From the NCBI RefSeq assembly GCF_006345805.1, contig NC_043013.1, positions 18,104,001 to 18,168,000 of the forward strand: 64,000 nucleotides of DNA, given 5' to 3'. Positions 63,222-64,000 of the stretch are shown in pieces. How positions within the stretch are numbered: position 1 is the first letter of the stretch; each line of letters starts with the position of its first letter. A program made the translations under genes and the position numbers. Source of the stretch: Octopus sinensis (lineage: Eukaryota). Below the pieces are notes generated by a model. The model searched no databases. It worked only from the letters and a program-made list of their open reading frames with translations, and had not been told where the DNA came from.

Positions 63222-63642
63222 CTCTTACTCTTTACTCTTTTACTTGTTTCAGTCATTTGACTGTGGCCATGCTGGAGCACCGCCTTTAGTCGAGCAAATT
63301 GACCCCAGGACTTATTCTTTGTAAGCCTAGTACTTATTCTGTCGGTCTCTCTTGCCGAACCACTAAGTTACGGGGACGTAAACACACAACCATCGGTTAT
63401 CAAGCGATGCTGGGGGAACAAACACAGACACACTAAACATATACACACACATACATATATATATATATACATATATATATAATGAGCTTCTTTCAGTTTC
63501 CGTCTACTAAATCCACTCACAAGGCTTTGGTTGGCCCGAGGCTATAGTAGAAGACACTTGCCCAAGGTGCCACGCAGTGGGACTGAACCCAGAACCATGT
63601 GGTTCGCAAGCAAGCTACTTACCACACAGCCACTCCTACGCC
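63222..63642 (-). mobile_element. Young family A SINE
   Basis: Near-exact reverse complement of 149-552. Confidence 0.88.
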
Positions 63643-64000
63643 TATATATATATATGTTAGTTAGTTAGTTAGTTAGTTAATTTTTGGCTCAAAAGCAAAT
63701 AGCAAGGCCATATAGGGGGACATGGAGTTAAGTACAGGGTGGTGTTCATGTAAAGAGTTCAGGCCACTTGAGGTCAAGGGAGACTTTGAACAAAGCGGTC
63801 GTCGGCATCATCAACTCATTCAAATTTACAGAGTGTTAAATATAAAAGGTTAAATCAATAAGCAACAAAAACTTATCATTGTCTAATTATAGATTCATGG
63901 CTACGTGGTTAAAGAGCTTACTATGCAAGTGAATGACTCAAGGTTTGATTCTACTCTGTTATGCCTCAACAACTGTCTTCTGCCATAGTTTAGAGTCGAC

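Noticed and set aside
1-64000. The many 60-214 aa ORFs in the track
   Set aside because: Most are translations of (TA)n, (CA)n, (GA)n or trinucleotide tracts, or antisense frames of SINEs; only those matching transposon domains were kept, as pseudogenes.

Overview
AT-rich animal DNA, almost certainly coleoid cephalopod (Octopus-type), judged from recognisable octopus tRNA-derived and RTE-tailed SINE families and extreme (TA)n/(CA)n/(GA)n/(ATG)n microsatellite density. I found no intact protein-coding gene or credible host exon; most ORF-track entries are microsatellite or antisense artefacts. The window is intergenic or intronic and packed with repeats. There are three main SINE families, labelled here A, B and C. 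Decayed LINE fragments include RTE, R4/Dong-like REL, CR1/L2-like and Penelope-like RT. DNA transposons include a hAT with TIRs and TSD that carries a nested solo LTR, two mariners (one palindromic), MITEs and a Helitron-like element. The best signal is a set of small elements inside (TA)n tracts. One (39837-40142, minus) holds a complete, well-paired type I hammerhead ribozyme with the palindromic stem III typical of Penelope-like elements and retrozymes. A second, unrelated one (about 46033-46160) holds a partly decayed hammerhead, and two 32-bp fold-back hairpins (8180-8254, 30167-30252) sit in the same (TA)n context. Family names come from memory of motifs, not database searches, and repeat boundaries are approximate unless a TSD or TIR is given.
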